A DNA stretch of 39,130 nucleotides from Promethearchaeota archaeon (GTDB taxonomy: Archaea > Asgardarchaeota > Lokiarchaeia > Sigyniarchaeales > SOKP01): assembly GCA_008080735.1 (NCBI GenBank), contig SHMW01000031.1, positions 1,293 to 40,422 of the forward strand, written 5' to 3'. Of the stretch, positions 29,080 through 38,933 are shown piece after piece (position 1 is the first letter of the stretch; each line of letters starts with the position of its first letter). The position numbers and the translations under genes were made by a program. The notes below the pieces were generated by a model. That model was not told where the DNA came from. It did no database searches and saw only the letters and a list, made by a program, of their open reading frames with translations.

Positions 29080-29904
29080 TCATTCTCTAGAAAAATCATA
29101 GAGCGCATTATATTTTTCTGCTTTCTCCTCTACAACATCTAATGTATCCGAGAGAATATTTTCCGCATCTAAATAATCTTTTGAGATAATTTCTACTCGA
29201 TAAAAGGGGGCCGCTACGTAAGATATTTCTAATTTTCTAGTGGGTTTTGGATTTTCCAACACATGCCGCGCTTCTGTAAGCGTTTGTTTTATTAATTCTA
29301 CTCCATCTGGGTGATCAAATCGCAATTTAATTTTTCCCACAATATTAACTGTTGAAATCTCTACATTCTCATCGACTATACGTAGAAAGGTCTCTTTTTT
29401 TTCTTCAGGAATATCAGTAAGATTTTCTAAAATCTCCTCCCCGCCTTCTTTTAGTTCTTCAATTGTTTCTTGATAATTATCATTAAAATGTTCCAACACT
29501 GGAAAACCGATTTTTTCATAGGCTTCATCTAATGTTAAATCGTCAAATTCATCACATAAAAACTGCAACAAATTTTCAAGTTTTACCGCATACTTCCATT
29601 CTTTCATTTTATTCTTACGTTGGGCGGCATTTGTTCTTCTCAGGGAGAGATCAACATGACCTTTAGAGGGGTCAACTCTAGTAACTCTAAGAACCATCCT
29701 TTGACCTTCTCTTAAATAATTTCTGATGTTTTTTACCCAACGACTTGAGATCTCTGAAATATGAATCATCCCTTTTGCATGGTTCTCGGAGGGTAATCCA
29801 TCATAATCCAATAATTCAACATACACATATTGATTTTGAATATTTTCTACTCTCCCAACCACGAAGGCGCCTTCCGGAGGAAATGCATCCCTTGACCTTG
29901 GCAT
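29080..29904 (-). CDS. eif2a: Translation initiation factor 2 alpha
   Basis: S1 domain GMIHISEISSRWVKNIR, GHVDLSLRR, AAPFYR; followed by nop10. Confidence 0.95.
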   Translation of the reverse strand: MPRSRDAFPPEGAFVVGRVENIQNQYVYVELLDYDGLPSENHAKGMIHISEISSRWVKNIRNYLREGQRMVLRVTRVDPSKGHVDLSLRRTNAAQRKNKMKEWKYAVKLENLLQFLCDEFDDLTLDEAYEKIGFPVLEHFNDNYQETIEELKEGGEEILENLTDIPEEKKETFLRIVDENVEISTVNIVGKIKLRFDHPDGVELIKQTLTEARHVLENPKPTRKLEISYVAAPFYRVEIISKDYLDAENILSDTLDVVEEKAEKYNALYDFSRE

Positions 29905-30062
29905 TTTTTTTAATAAGTCCCTTATTATTTGATTTCTAATATTATGATCTTATATTACAAAACATTACATAATTATTTACTTTTATTCTTTAATCTATCT
30001 AGTTTTTTTTACGATAAGAATTTAATAATATTACAACAAAATACAATTTCAAGTGAACTCCC

Positions 30063-30494
30063 ATACCCAACTGGTTTATACATATAAAATGGGCAAAGAA
30101 GGCGGATATTCCCATCAGAATTGCGGAATTTGTAAATAGAAGTATCGATTACGGGTCTGATTGGGCTATAGAATTAGAAAATGAACGCGATTCTGTTGAT
30201 GACCATAAAAGCAATATTCATCGACAATTAGTATATTTTTACGACCGAGACACAGAGCATAAACATTTTGTGAAAGCGTGTTATCTCCATCATATCTTAG
30301 ATTATTTTAAGGAAACGCACGTTAATCTTTTTGATCTTGAGTTAGTATTTCAAAGATTTTTAGAAAATAAAGTAGTCTCTGAGATATCCTTCAATAATAG
30401 TAAATTGGTTAGTTTCAAAAAAGAAATCGTGGAAATATTTGAACTGATTCGAAAACACAGAAATGAATTATACACTGATCTTGAAATTGGATAA
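30063..30494 (+). CDS. Hypothetical His-motif protein with apparent ATA start (track shows only 30270..30494)
   Basis: Open frame from ATA 30063: (M)PNWFIHIKWAKKADIPIRIAEFVNRSIDYG...ACYLHHILDYF; in-frame TGA at 30054. Confidence 0.6.
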   Translation: MPNWFIHIKWAKKADIPIRIAEFVNRSIDYGSDWAIELENERDSVDDHKSNIHRQLVYFYDRDTEHKHFVKACYLHHILDYFKETHVNLFDLELVFQRFLENKVVSEISFNNSKLVSFKKEIVEIFELIRKHRNELYTDLEIG

Positions 30495-30514
30495 TTACAG
30501 GAAAATTTAGTAAA

Positions 30515-31429
30515 ATGAATACTTTAAATAAACGTATTGATATTATCGGAATGAGACATGATTTGGGTCAAACACGTAGAGGAGTGGATATGGGACCAAG
30601 TGCGATTAGGTTCGCTCAACTAAACCCAAAATTGAAAGATCTAGGATATCAAATTAAAGACCACGGTGATATTGAATGTTCTACTTATGAAACTGGTGAA
30701 ATGGGTAATCCAAAAGCGAGATTTCTACATGATGTTGTGAACCATTGCGAGGTTTTAAGAGATAAAATCATAACTCTTCTACAAGAAGACTCATTCCCAT
30801 TAGTCTTGGGAGGAGATCATTCCATTACAATCGGACTAATCGCTGGAATGGTTTCTAAATATCCTGATCTCGGACTTATCTATCTTGACGCACACGGTGA
30901 TTTTAATACTCCTGATACTACCCCGTCTGGAAATATCCACGGTATGAGTTTAGCCTCCATCACGGGACGTGGCTCTGCATCTTTGACTAATATGGCATCT
31001 CAAGTTCCAATGATAAAAGACGAGTTAGTTCATTTAATCGGTGTCAGGACATTAGACAAGTTAGAAAAACAAGCTATTAAAAAAAGTAGCATTTCGGCTA
31101 TTACGATAAAAAATATTGATGAGATTGGGATTTCAGAAGCCATTTCTCGTGCGATTGAATCTCTCTCGCAAAATTCTCCACAAGGGAAATTTCATTTCAG
31201 TTTAGATATGGATTTAATTGAACCTTCTATTGCTCCTGGAACCGGCACTCCCGTAAGAGGTGGACTTACCTACAGAGAGGCTCACCTTGCGTGCGAATTG
31301 GTTGCGGAGAGTGGAAATATGGTCTCTATGGATGTGGTTGAAGTAAATCCAATTTTAGACCATGAAAACCAGACTGGAAAATTAGCTGTGGAATTAATTT
31401 TGAGTGCGCTGGGAAAAACCATTATTTAA
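30515..31429 (+). CDS. rocF: Arginase
   Basis: GVDMGP, GGDHS, DAHGDFNTP.TTPSGNIHGM, SLDMD...P..APGTGTPV.GG, EVNP. Confidence 0.93.
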   Translation: MNTLNKRIDIIGMRHDLGQTRRGVDMGPSAIRFAQLNPKLKDLGYQIKDHGDIECSTYETGEMGNPKARFLHDVVNHCEVLRDKIITLLQEDSFPLVLGGDHSITIGLIAGMVSKYPDLGLIYLDAHGDFNTPDTTPSGNIHGMSLASITGRGSASLTNMASQVPMIKDELVHLIGVRTLDKLEKQAIKKSSISAITIKNIDEIGISEAISRAIESLSQNSPQGKFHFSLDMDLIEPSIAPGTGTPVRGGLTYREAHLACELVAESGNMVSMDVVEVNPILDHENQTGKLAVELILSALGKTII

Positions 31430-31557
31430 GCCAAAAGATTGAAACCCATCCTCTCTACACTGCAAAAATTTATTAAATTTTTATTAAATTTTTAGCCCTA
31501 TATAGATTATCTTTTTCCAAATACACTCAATTCTAGAATAAAAATTTTAGTTTTAAA

Positions 31558-31568
31558 ATTGGACTATA
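31558..31568 (+). promoter_or_regulatory. Upstream motif ATTGGACTATA, copy 1
   Basis: Begins 46 nt before ATG 31604; identical copy begins 45 nt before the paralog's ATG. Confidence 0.55.
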
Positions 31569-31603
31569 TAACTTTTTAATTAAATCTGGATTTTCTTTAC
31601 AAT

Positions 31604-32269
31604 ATGGAATTTCAAAAAAAGTCCGCATTTCATTCTCTCTTTAAGCCCAAACTAATTGGGATATTTTATCTAATAGTTTTTATCACATCAATTATTCTGG
31701 GCATACTTTATATCGAGCTCTTAGGAGTATTTATACTAGGAGCTATCCTTCTTGGTGTATTACTTTTGATATTTTTGGTCGTAATGTTAATACAGTTAAG
31801 CAAAATTGAGATTATATGGGATATCCAGACCATAAATCCAGAAGGTAATACAGGAAAGGTCTTTGTCGTGTTTCGCCCTGGAATAACTGATTTTCAAGAA
31901 CGAATGATTGATGCGTTTCTGCAAGGCCTCATTAAAAATGATTGGGCTGTGGATATCACATCAGCAAGCTCCAAGACCCCCTACAAAATCGATCAATATG
32001 ATTTGTTGGTCCTTGGGATGCCCACGTACGGTGGTTTGCCTCATCAAACTATATTAGATTTCTTAGATATATTGGGTGATTTAAACGGGAAACGAACGGC
32101 CCTCATCGTGACTGCAATGGGAAGCGATGAGGCTAGAAAAGCTCTGGAAAACAAGGTTCGAAATGCTAATGGAATCATCGCAGAGTCTCTTACTGTGTAT
32201 AATATGAAGGAGAATAAGGAAAATCCTCGAGATATCTGCTATAAAGCGGGAAGAAACATAAAAGCGTAA
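31604..32269 (+). CDS. Membrane-anchored flavodoxin-like protein (paralog 1)
   Basis: Two N-terminal TM helices; YDLLVLGMPTYGG.P, DLNGK...IVT. Confidence 0.75.
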   Translation: MEFQKKSAFHSLFKPKLIGIFYLIVFITSIILGILYIELLGVFILGAILLGVLLLIFLVVMLIQLSKIEIIWDIQTINPEGNTGKVFVVFRPGITDFQERMIDAFLQGLIKNDWAVDITSASSKTPYKIDQYDLLVLGMPTYGGLPHQTILDFLDILGDLNGKRTALIVTAMGSDEARKALENKVRNANGIIAESLTVYNMKENKENPRDICYKAGRNIKA

Positions 32270-32396
32270 TTTAACACATAAAAAAATAAGATCAGATAAA
32301 CAACAAGTCCAAAATATATTTTTTCTCTCTATTTTTTTTAGTAGAAGCTATGAAAACCTAAGATATAGAGTTTTCTTTCCTATCCTAAAACTAATT

Positions 32397-32407
32397 ATTG
32401 GACTATA
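32397..32407 (+). promoter_or_regulatory. Upstream motif ATTGGACTATA, copy 2
   Basis: Identical to 31558-31568 at an equivalent distance from the start. Confidence 0.55.
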
Positions 32408-32441
32408 ATAATCTTAAAATTATTTATACTCTACTAGTGGT

Positions 32442-33029
32442 ATGGAATCTACAGAAAAAACAAAATCTCGCTCGCAGTCTAAAACTAAAATAGTAGGGCT
32501 ATCATGCTTATTCGTTATTTTGACTTTAATTATCACGGGAGGGGTACTTACTGTGCTCACCCAAATGGAAATCATTCGAGATTTCGAGACTCTTAACCCG
32601 GATGGACTGGAAGGTGAGGCGCTCGTAGTATTTCGCCCAGGGATTAGTTTATTCCAAGAAGATATGACTAATGCGTTTGTTGAGGGTCTTGTTGAGAAAG
32701 ATTGGATTGTAAATATTACAACCTCAAGTTCTCAAACTCCGATTAACATTCATGATTATGATTTATTGGTGCTCGGTACACCCACCTATGGAGGAACGCC
32801 TCATCACTCAATTGTATCATATTTGAAAAATGTAGGTGATTTGAATGGAATTGATATTATACTCATTATTACTTCGGGTGGGAGTGATCAAGCCTTAGAT
32901 ATAATGACATCAAAAGTGCAAAACAACAATGGAACGATTATCGAATCATTATCACTATATACTATCAAGGATAACGGAGGAAATGCGCGAGATCTTAGCT
33001 ATAATTCCGGAAAGAATTTAAATTTGTAA
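32442..33029 (+). CDS. Membrane-anchored flavodoxin-like protein (paralog 2)
   Basis: One TM helix; VVFRPGI..FQE.M, YDLLVLGTPTYGG.PH shared with paralog 1. Confidence 0.75.
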   Translation: MESTEKTKSRSQSKTKIVGLSCLFVILTLIITGGVLTVLTQMEIIRDFETLNPDGLEGEALVVFRPGISLFQEDMTNAFVEGLVEKDWIVNITTSSSQTPINIHDYDLLVLGTPTYGGTPHHSIVSYLKNVGDLNGIDIILIITSGGSDQALDIMTSKVQNNNGTIIESLSLYTIKDNGGNARDLSYNSGKNLNL

Positions 33030-33059
33030 TCTCTATCAAATATTATAAAAGGTGAAAAT

Positions 33060-33704
33060 ATGAAGCATTTTCAAAAACATATTCCGAATCTATTGAGCAT
33101 ATTTAGAATCCTCATCTCTCCCTTACTTTTCTACTCAATTTTAATAGGTGATTTGATCATTGGGGTTGTAATATACCTCTATTGTATCTGTTCAGATTGG
33201 CTTGATGGATATCTCGCGCGAAAATATTCGGTCTCTTCTTCTCTTGGGGGATATTTGGATGTATTTGCTGACTTTTCATTCATCTTTCTCGCTCTTAGCT
33301 CTTTCGTGCTACAACAAGTCTATCCTCATTGGATTCTTATTCTGGTCTCGCTCATTTTTTTACAGTTTTTACTAACCTCTACTATACAACACCCCGTATA
33401 CGATCCTCTTGGAAAATATTATGGGAGTTTTTTAATGCTGGTGATTGGAATTGGGCTCATCGATTCTCAGGGTTACATCACACAGTTTATACCTATGTTT
33501 TTATTAGGATATTCATGTTTCGCATTCATAAGTCGTATGCTTTATCTTAAATCAGCAATTTTTATGCCCTCAAACCATAAGGAATCTATGTTAAAGATAA
33601 TAAATTTCCAAAATCACCTCTCCTCCCCTAACAAAACTGTAGAAAATCGATTCATAACCATTCAGAGTGAAGTCTCTAAGATTCAGAAAAGGAAAAAAAT
33701 CTAA
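33060..33704 (+). CDS. CDP-alcohol phosphatidyltransferase (PgsA-like)
   Basis: IPNLLSIFR, DWLDGYLARK...S.LGGYLDVFAD signature. Confidence 0.9.
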   Translation: MKHFQKHIPNLLSIFRILISPLLFYSILIGDLIIGVVIYLYCICSDWLDGYLARKYSVSSSLGGYLDVFADFSFIFLALSSFVLQQVYPHWILILVSLIFLQFLLTSTIQHPVYDPLGKYYGSFLMLVIGIGLIDSQGYITQFIPMFLLGYSCFAFISRMLYLKSAIFMPSNHKESMLKIINFQNHLSSPNKTVENRFITIQSEVSKIQKRKKI

Positions 33705-33947
33705 CTTTTAAGCTTAACTTCTAATTATTTTATACTTTTATTCTCATTTTGAATTTTTCTTCTCGGCAAATTCTTAAATTTTATACTTTATCCGTAAAAA
33801 ATTTAAATTCCACATCATTTAAATAGAATATCACATCTAAAGTGATAATCTAAATCTGATGAAACTGAAATTGTTTTATTAGATTGAAGATTAATAGAAT
33901 TAAATATTTAAATTTAATACAAATAAAACGAAGGAAATTGATTAAAA

Positions 33948-35249
33948 ATGGCCGATAAGAAGCCACATCTGAATTTAGTCATAATAGGGCACATAGATCA
34001 CGGTAAAAGTACTATGATGGGTGCCTTATTAATCAAAACTGGTGCTGTGACCGACAGAGAGGCGAGAGAATTAGAAAAAATCGCGAAAGAATTTGACAGA
34101 GATTCCTGGTCCTATGCGTATGTATTTGATAAATTGAAGGAAGAGCGACAGAGAGGAATCACCATTGATTTAGCCTTCAGAAAGTTCGAGACACCTAACA
34201 AATATTTCACGATTATTGACGCCCCAGGACATCGGGACTTCGTAAAAAACATGATCACTGGCGCAAGTCAAGCTGACGCGGCAATCTTAGTCGTCTCCGG
34301 AAAGAAAGGAGAAATGGAAGTTGGTATTGCCGCAAATGGTCAAACCCGAGAACACGCCTACTTAGCACAAACATTAGGCGTCAAACAACTGGTTGTGGCC
34401 ATTAATAAGGCAGATGTCTGGGATTATGATGAAGACCGATACAATGAGTGTATACAATCTGTATCTGCTCTCTTGAGAAACATCGGTTTTCCCGTGAAAA
34501 AGATTCCTTTTGTTCCTGTCAGTGGATTACTCGGAGAAAATCTCACTGAGAAGTGCGATAAGATGCCTTGGTATGACGGACCAACCTTAATTGACGCAAT
34601 TGATAAATTCGAATTACCTGAAAAACCCGTAGATAAGCCATTACGAGTACCAATTCAAGATGCATACAGAATTAAAGGTACGGGCGTTGTTCCAGTAGGA
34701 AGAGTCGAAACTGGTGTCTTAAAGAAAGGAGATCAAATCCTTATTCAACCGACTGGATATAAAGGTGAAATCCGAAGCATTGAAATGCACCATGAAGAGA
34801 TTCCTGAAGCTGAACCAGGAGATAATATCGGATTTAGCATTCGAGGGCTCACCATGGAAGATGTTCACCGAGGAGATGTCATGGGACGACCAGACAATCC
34901 GCCAACTGTAATTACCCCAAATGGTAATTTCACTGGACAAGTGATTGTTATCTGGCATCCTACTGCTGTTGCTCAAGGATATACTCCTGTTATTCATGCT
35001 CACACCGCCCAAGTTGCAGCTAAGTTTGTAGAATTGAAGAAAAAGTTAGATCAGAAAACTGGTGCGGTAATTGAGGACTCTCCTAAATTTATCAAGAAGA
35101 ACGAAGCCGCAATTGTGACTATGAGTCCGATTAAGAAGCTCTGCTTAGAGAAATATGAAGATATTCCAGAGATGGGTCGATTCGCAGTACGCGATATGGG
35201 GCGAACAGTTGCTGTGGGTATTGTCAAGGACATCCAGACTGGCGAGTAA
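33948..35249 (+). CDS. tuf: Elongation factor EF-1 alpha
   Basis: GHIDHGKST, ERQRGITID, DAPGHRDFVKNMITGASQAD, NKAD, GRFAVRDMG. Confidence 0.98.
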   Translation: MADKKPHLNLVIIGHIDHGKSTMMGALLIKTGAVTDREARELEKIAKEFDRDSWSYAYVFDKLKEERQRGITIDLAFRKFETPNKYFTIIDAPGHRDFVKNMITGASQADAAILVVSGKKGEMEVGIAANGQTREHAYLAQTLGVKQLVVAINKADVWDYDEDRYNECIQSVSALLRNIGFPVKKIPFVPVSGLLGENLTEKCDKMPWYDGPTLIDAIDKFELPEKPVDKPLRVPIQDAYRIKGTGVVPVGRVETGVLKKGDQILIQPTGYKGEIRSIEMHHEEIPEAEPGDNIGFSIRGLTMEDVHRGDVMGRPDNPPTVITPNGNFTGQVIVIWHPTAVAQGYTPVIHAHTAQVAAKFVELKKKLDQKTGAVIEDSPKFIKKNEAAIVTMSPIKKLCLEKYEDIPEMGRFAVRDMGRTVAVGIVKDIQTGE

Positions 35250-35507
35250 AGCACCACTCTAATTCACCCGTTCTTTTTTTACCACTAATAAAAATTTATT
35301 TTTTGCATTCTTTTTTTGTTATACTCTTAGAGTTGAATACCAAGTTTTAGAATCTAACCAGTATAAAGAAAACTCCATATTGCGTAAAAGATTCATAAAT
35401 TTCTATTTTATAAAAATACATTTTCTTTAGTATTTTTAATTTGATTAAACTCACTTTTTTATTGAATATTATATTACATGTGGTAATTTAGTTGAGCTGA
35501 TAAATCA

Positions 35508-36551
35508 ATGTGGTATGAGTTCCTCTTGAAAAATGGTTACATCCCGGAATTTCTCATACGTCTTTTCTTACGGATGTATTATGAACTCAGATTCCGTCGA
35601 TTGCCGGATGATGTGGAAGAAATCCAGGAGCACATGAACAGGATTATAACGAAAATGAAAAATTCTTCGATTGCGATAAGCATAGAGAAGGCAAACGAGC
35701 AGCATTATGAGATTCCGACTGCCTTTTTTACGTACATTTTAGGGAAAAATATGAAATATAGTTGCGGATATTGGAAAAACACACCGAAAATAAGCGAATT
35801 AGTGGACGGATTGAACCGTTCAGAGGAAGATATGCTAAAAATAACATGTCAAAGAGCTAGGATCAAAGACGGAGATAAAATCCTCGACCTAGGATGTGGA
35901 TGGGGTTCTCTTTCACTGTTTATTAAGGACCATTTTAAGAATACAAGAATTACCGCAGTGAGTAATTCATCCACCCAGAAAGAGTATATCGAATCCATTG
36001 CTCAATCGAGAGATTTGACAGATATACGAGTAATTACTGGGAATGTTGCGGAGTTGGAGTTGGAGGAAAAATTCGATGTGATAGTATCCATAGAAATGTT
36101 TGAACATATGCGGAACTGGCAAAAACTCATGGAAAAGTTAAACCGATTTCTCAAGGAGGATGGACGCTTATTTATTCATATTTTTACTGACAAATACCAT
36201 CCCTACTTTTTTGAAACGGATAATGAGAGAAATTGGATGGCACAATATTTTTTTCGGGGTGGGTTGATGCCCTCCACGGATCTGCTGTTATATTTCTCTG
36301 ACCATTTTTCCATTGAAAAAGTATGGAAAGTGAATGGAACGCATTACGCGCACACTCTCGATGCGTGGTTAAAAAAGATGAAATCAAATAAAGCGAACCT
36401 TTTGCCCCTTTTGGAAGCTACCTATGGAAAAGATGATGTAAGAAAATGGTGGAATTATTGGAAATTATTCTTTATTTCCTTATCAGAAGTTTTTGGATTC
36501 GATGATGGGAATCAACGATTTGTCACCCACTATTTATTCAGAAAGCGATAA
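35508..36551 (+). CDS. Class I SAM methyltransferase, CFA synthase / coclaurine N-methyltransferase-like
   Basis: ANEQHYE, KYSCGYW, LDLGCGWGS, VSIEMFEHMRN, HYAHTLDAW. Confidence 0.88.
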   Translation: MWYEFLLKNGYIPEFLIRLFLRMYYELRFRRLPDDVEEIQEHMNRIITKMKNSSIAISIEKANEQHYEIPTAFFTYILGKNMKYSCGYWKNTPKISELVDGLNRSEEDMLKITCQRARIKDGDKILDLGCGWGSLSLFIKDHFKNTRITAVSNSSTQKEYIESIAQSRDLTDIRVITGNVAELELEEKFDVIVSIEMFEHMRNWQKLMEKLNRFLKEDGRLFIHIFTDKYHPYFFETDNERNWMAQYFFRGGLMPSTDLLLYFSDHFSIEKVWKVNGTHYAHTLDAWLKKMKSNKANLLPLLEATYGKDDVRKWWNYWKLFFISLSEVFGFDDGNQRFVTHYLFRKR

Positions 36552-36666
36552 GCGTTCTCCTGTATCATCCCATTTTTGATCAATCTTCCTTCGAAATATT
36601 TCTTTTGATCAAAAATACCAAAAAAAAAGAATTGTTTTTCTTATTTTTATTTGGAATTAAGCTAAG

Positions 36667-37071
36667 TTAGATCGAAACAACTTTTTTCGCCTTTTCTATT
36701 TCAACTACTAATTCAGATAATTCTAATTTTTGTAATTCCTTTGGTATGGCAAATTTAGGTGGCTTTCCGCCCAATAATTTCATCCACGCTTGGCATGCAT
36801 ATAAGGGAATTCCCATATCCTTGGCTTCCTCAATCAATTTAAATGGGTCTGATGGAACACCCATCATTGCTGCGTTTTCCTTTATATCTGCGGAATATGA
36901 TTCCAATTCTGGAGAGAATCGAAATTCTTTATTCAAGAGAGCTGACAATCCTCCTTGCATAAATACTATTGCCACATCCCCTCCATTTTTCTTCGTGCTC
37001 ATTGCGATGACCAAGGAGCTTAAATAGGAATTTAATGTTCCATCTTTACATATTAATAAAGTTTTGACCAT
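36667..37071 (-). CDS. DsrE/DsrF-like protein
   Basis: DVAIVFMQGG, LIEEAKDMGIPLYACQAW. Confidence 0.75.
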   Translation of the reverse strand: MVKTLLICKDGTLNSYLSSLVIAMSTKKNGGDVAIVFMQGGLSALLNKEFRFSPELESYSADIKENAAMMGVPSDPFKLIEEAKDMGIPLYACQAWMKLLGGKPPKFAIPKELQKLELSELVVEIEKAKKVVSI

Positions 37072-37357
37072 ATCTATCCTCTCACCTTTTTCATAACTCG
37101 AAAGATTATAATTTCAAGAACATTCAAATAATCTCTACATTATAAATGAAGATGGTTTTAGTTTTAACGGATTTGTTTATTTTTCATAAATGGGGTTTAG
37201 ATTTAGGGATTATAACCAATAGTATTAATTCTTCTGGAATTCATTCGCGATGATTCAAATTTATTCCACAGTATATGATTCATATATTATTCGCTTTTTT
37301 GATTAGTGGCTTTTTTCTATTATTTAACATAAATATTTTCTAAGAAGGCTAATTAAA

Positions 37358-37831
37358 GTGGTTGATAGAAAGCAAAAGATCTGCTTTGTGGGAGAAGGGG
37401 GAGTTGGTAAAACTTCTCTTGTTTCTTTACTACAGGGAAAGGAAATAATCAGAGAAAGAAGTCCTACCGTAGGTTTAGAAATCGAGGATTCGGTTTTAAA
37501 TGGTAAAAAATGTTCAATCTGGGATTTAGGTGGGCAAGAACGCTTTAAATTTATGTGGAAAGATTTTCTGCGCAGTTCTGGATTAACCGTTCTTGTCTGT
37601 GATTCCACTGAAGACAATGTGAAAAAAACCAAGGAAATATTGGAACGCTATTCAAATCATATCGGATCAAAGATAATTGCGATTGCTAATAAACAAGATC
37701 TTGAAAATTCACTCCAACCTGAAAATGTAGAAAAAAAGCTGGGGATTAAGACTTACGGTATGAGCGCGATACGAGTAGATTTACGAGAAAGGATGAAAGA
37801 TATTTTAGAATATGAATTCTCTAACGATTAA
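37358..37831 (+). CDS. Ras-superfamily small GTPase (Arf/Rab-like)
   Basis: G1 GEGGVGKTS, G2 PTVG, G3 WDLGGQERF, G4 NKQD, G5 SA. Confidence 0.92.
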   Translation: MVDRKQKICFVGEGGVGKTSLVSLLQGKEIIRERSPTVGLEIEDSVLNGKKCSIWDLGGQERFKFMWKDFLRSSGLTVLVCDSTEDNVKKTKEILERYSNHIGSKIIAIANKQDLENSLQPENVEKKLGIKTYGMSAIRVDLRERMKDILEYEFSND

Positions 37832-37860
37832 TTTTTTTTATTCCTTATTATTTGAGGCTG

Positions 37861-38430
37861 TTAGTAGCTCCGAAACGCGCGTCCTATAAGATGAGCTATA
37901 CGGACAGGTTCGGGAAGCTTAGAATCAATTGAGGCCTTTTTTAAAAGCTCCTCCGCTTCAAGGAGGGAAATGCCGATTTTATGGAAAAAAATTTTAGATA
38001 CCCCGGCAGCTGTATCTATTTTGGATTCAAAGAGATTCCCCGCATGAAGAATATTTTCAAACTTGTGTTGATATCTATTGGGAAATTTTTTTATCAAGGC
38101 AGTTCTAACGGAATCTAGATCGACTTCTCGTTCGGTGACCGCGATTATAGGTTTGTTTGTTGTTCTAAATATCTTTTTCATATTAATCAGATTAAAGCCA
38201 CCGAAGGTTATGGTATGAGTTAATATATATTGAATATGCTTTCGATTTTTTTGGATTAAATCTATTAATTTAGCAGTAGCATCATTTCCATCAATGGTTA
38301 TCATGGTTTTCTGAACTTTTACGATTCGAACACCTTGACAGATTACCCCAATAAGATATGTTTGATTCCCCCCCTTTTTCAAGCTAAAGGTGGCATCATC
38401 ACAGCCCATTATAATCGGGTTATTTTTCAT
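37861..38430 (-). CDS. DUF99 family endonuclease V-like protein
   Basis: IMGCDD, IDGNDAT, ITFGGFN, KLPEPVRIAHLI. Confidence 0.85.
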   Translation of the reverse strand: MKNNPIIMGCDDATFSLKKGGNQTYLIGVICQGVRIVKVQKTMITIDGNDATAKLIDLIQKNRKHIQYILTHTITFGGFNLINMKKIFRTTNKPIIAVTEREVDLDSVRTALIKKFPNRYQHKFENILHAGNLFESKIDTAAGVSKIFFHKIGISLLEAEELLKKASIDSKLPEPVRIAHLIGRAFRSY

Positions 38431-38879
38431 AATTCTTTTTCGGGCAAAAATTTTTTTAGTGATAATAATAATTGAGTGAAAGCGTGAGCGGCATTATCAA
38501 TTTCTTTAATCCGATGGCTAATATTTCCCGATAAATTATTAATCAAAAGATCTATTATTTCCTTTATGGATATCAAATCTTTAAGCCAGACATAAGCGAC
38601 AATTGCTTCTACAGTATTAGCAAGATCATGGCTATCTGCCCGATTTTTTGCAAATGATTTCATATTCGCACTTTTAAGTGCTATTGATAGGATACTTTTA
38701 TTCACTTTCTCACCGGTTCGAATGATTCTCTTGCTGGAGTTGTTTTGAGACAAATATACTGATTTTGCTACAGAATATGAGAAATTCACAATTCCATCTC
38801 CTAATTTAGCAAGACCTTTATCTGTTCCTATTGCTTTTTGAGTATAAGGTAAGTTTTGGATTAAGAATTCAAATGCCAT
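38427..38879 (-). CDS. Archaeal RNase III-like domain protein
   Basis: DKGLAKLGD.IVNF.YS.A, ANTVEAIVAYVW resemble RNase III acidic motifs. Confidence 0.75.
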   Translation of the reverse strand: MAFEFLIQNLPYTQKAIGTDKGLAKLGDGIVNFSYSVAKSVYLSQNNSSKRIIRTGEKVNKSILSIALKSANMKSFAKNRADSHDLANTVEAIVAYVWLKDLISIKEIIDLLINNLSGNISHRIKEIDNAAHAFTQLLLSLKKFLPEKEL

Positions 38880-38933
38880 ACTATTCTATTGTAGAATTAT
38901 AACATATAAAAAATTTTCATAAAAAGAGAATAT

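Noticed and set aside
33856-33885. Hammerhead-like CTGATGA...GAAA
   Set aside because: No stem II or stem III can form.
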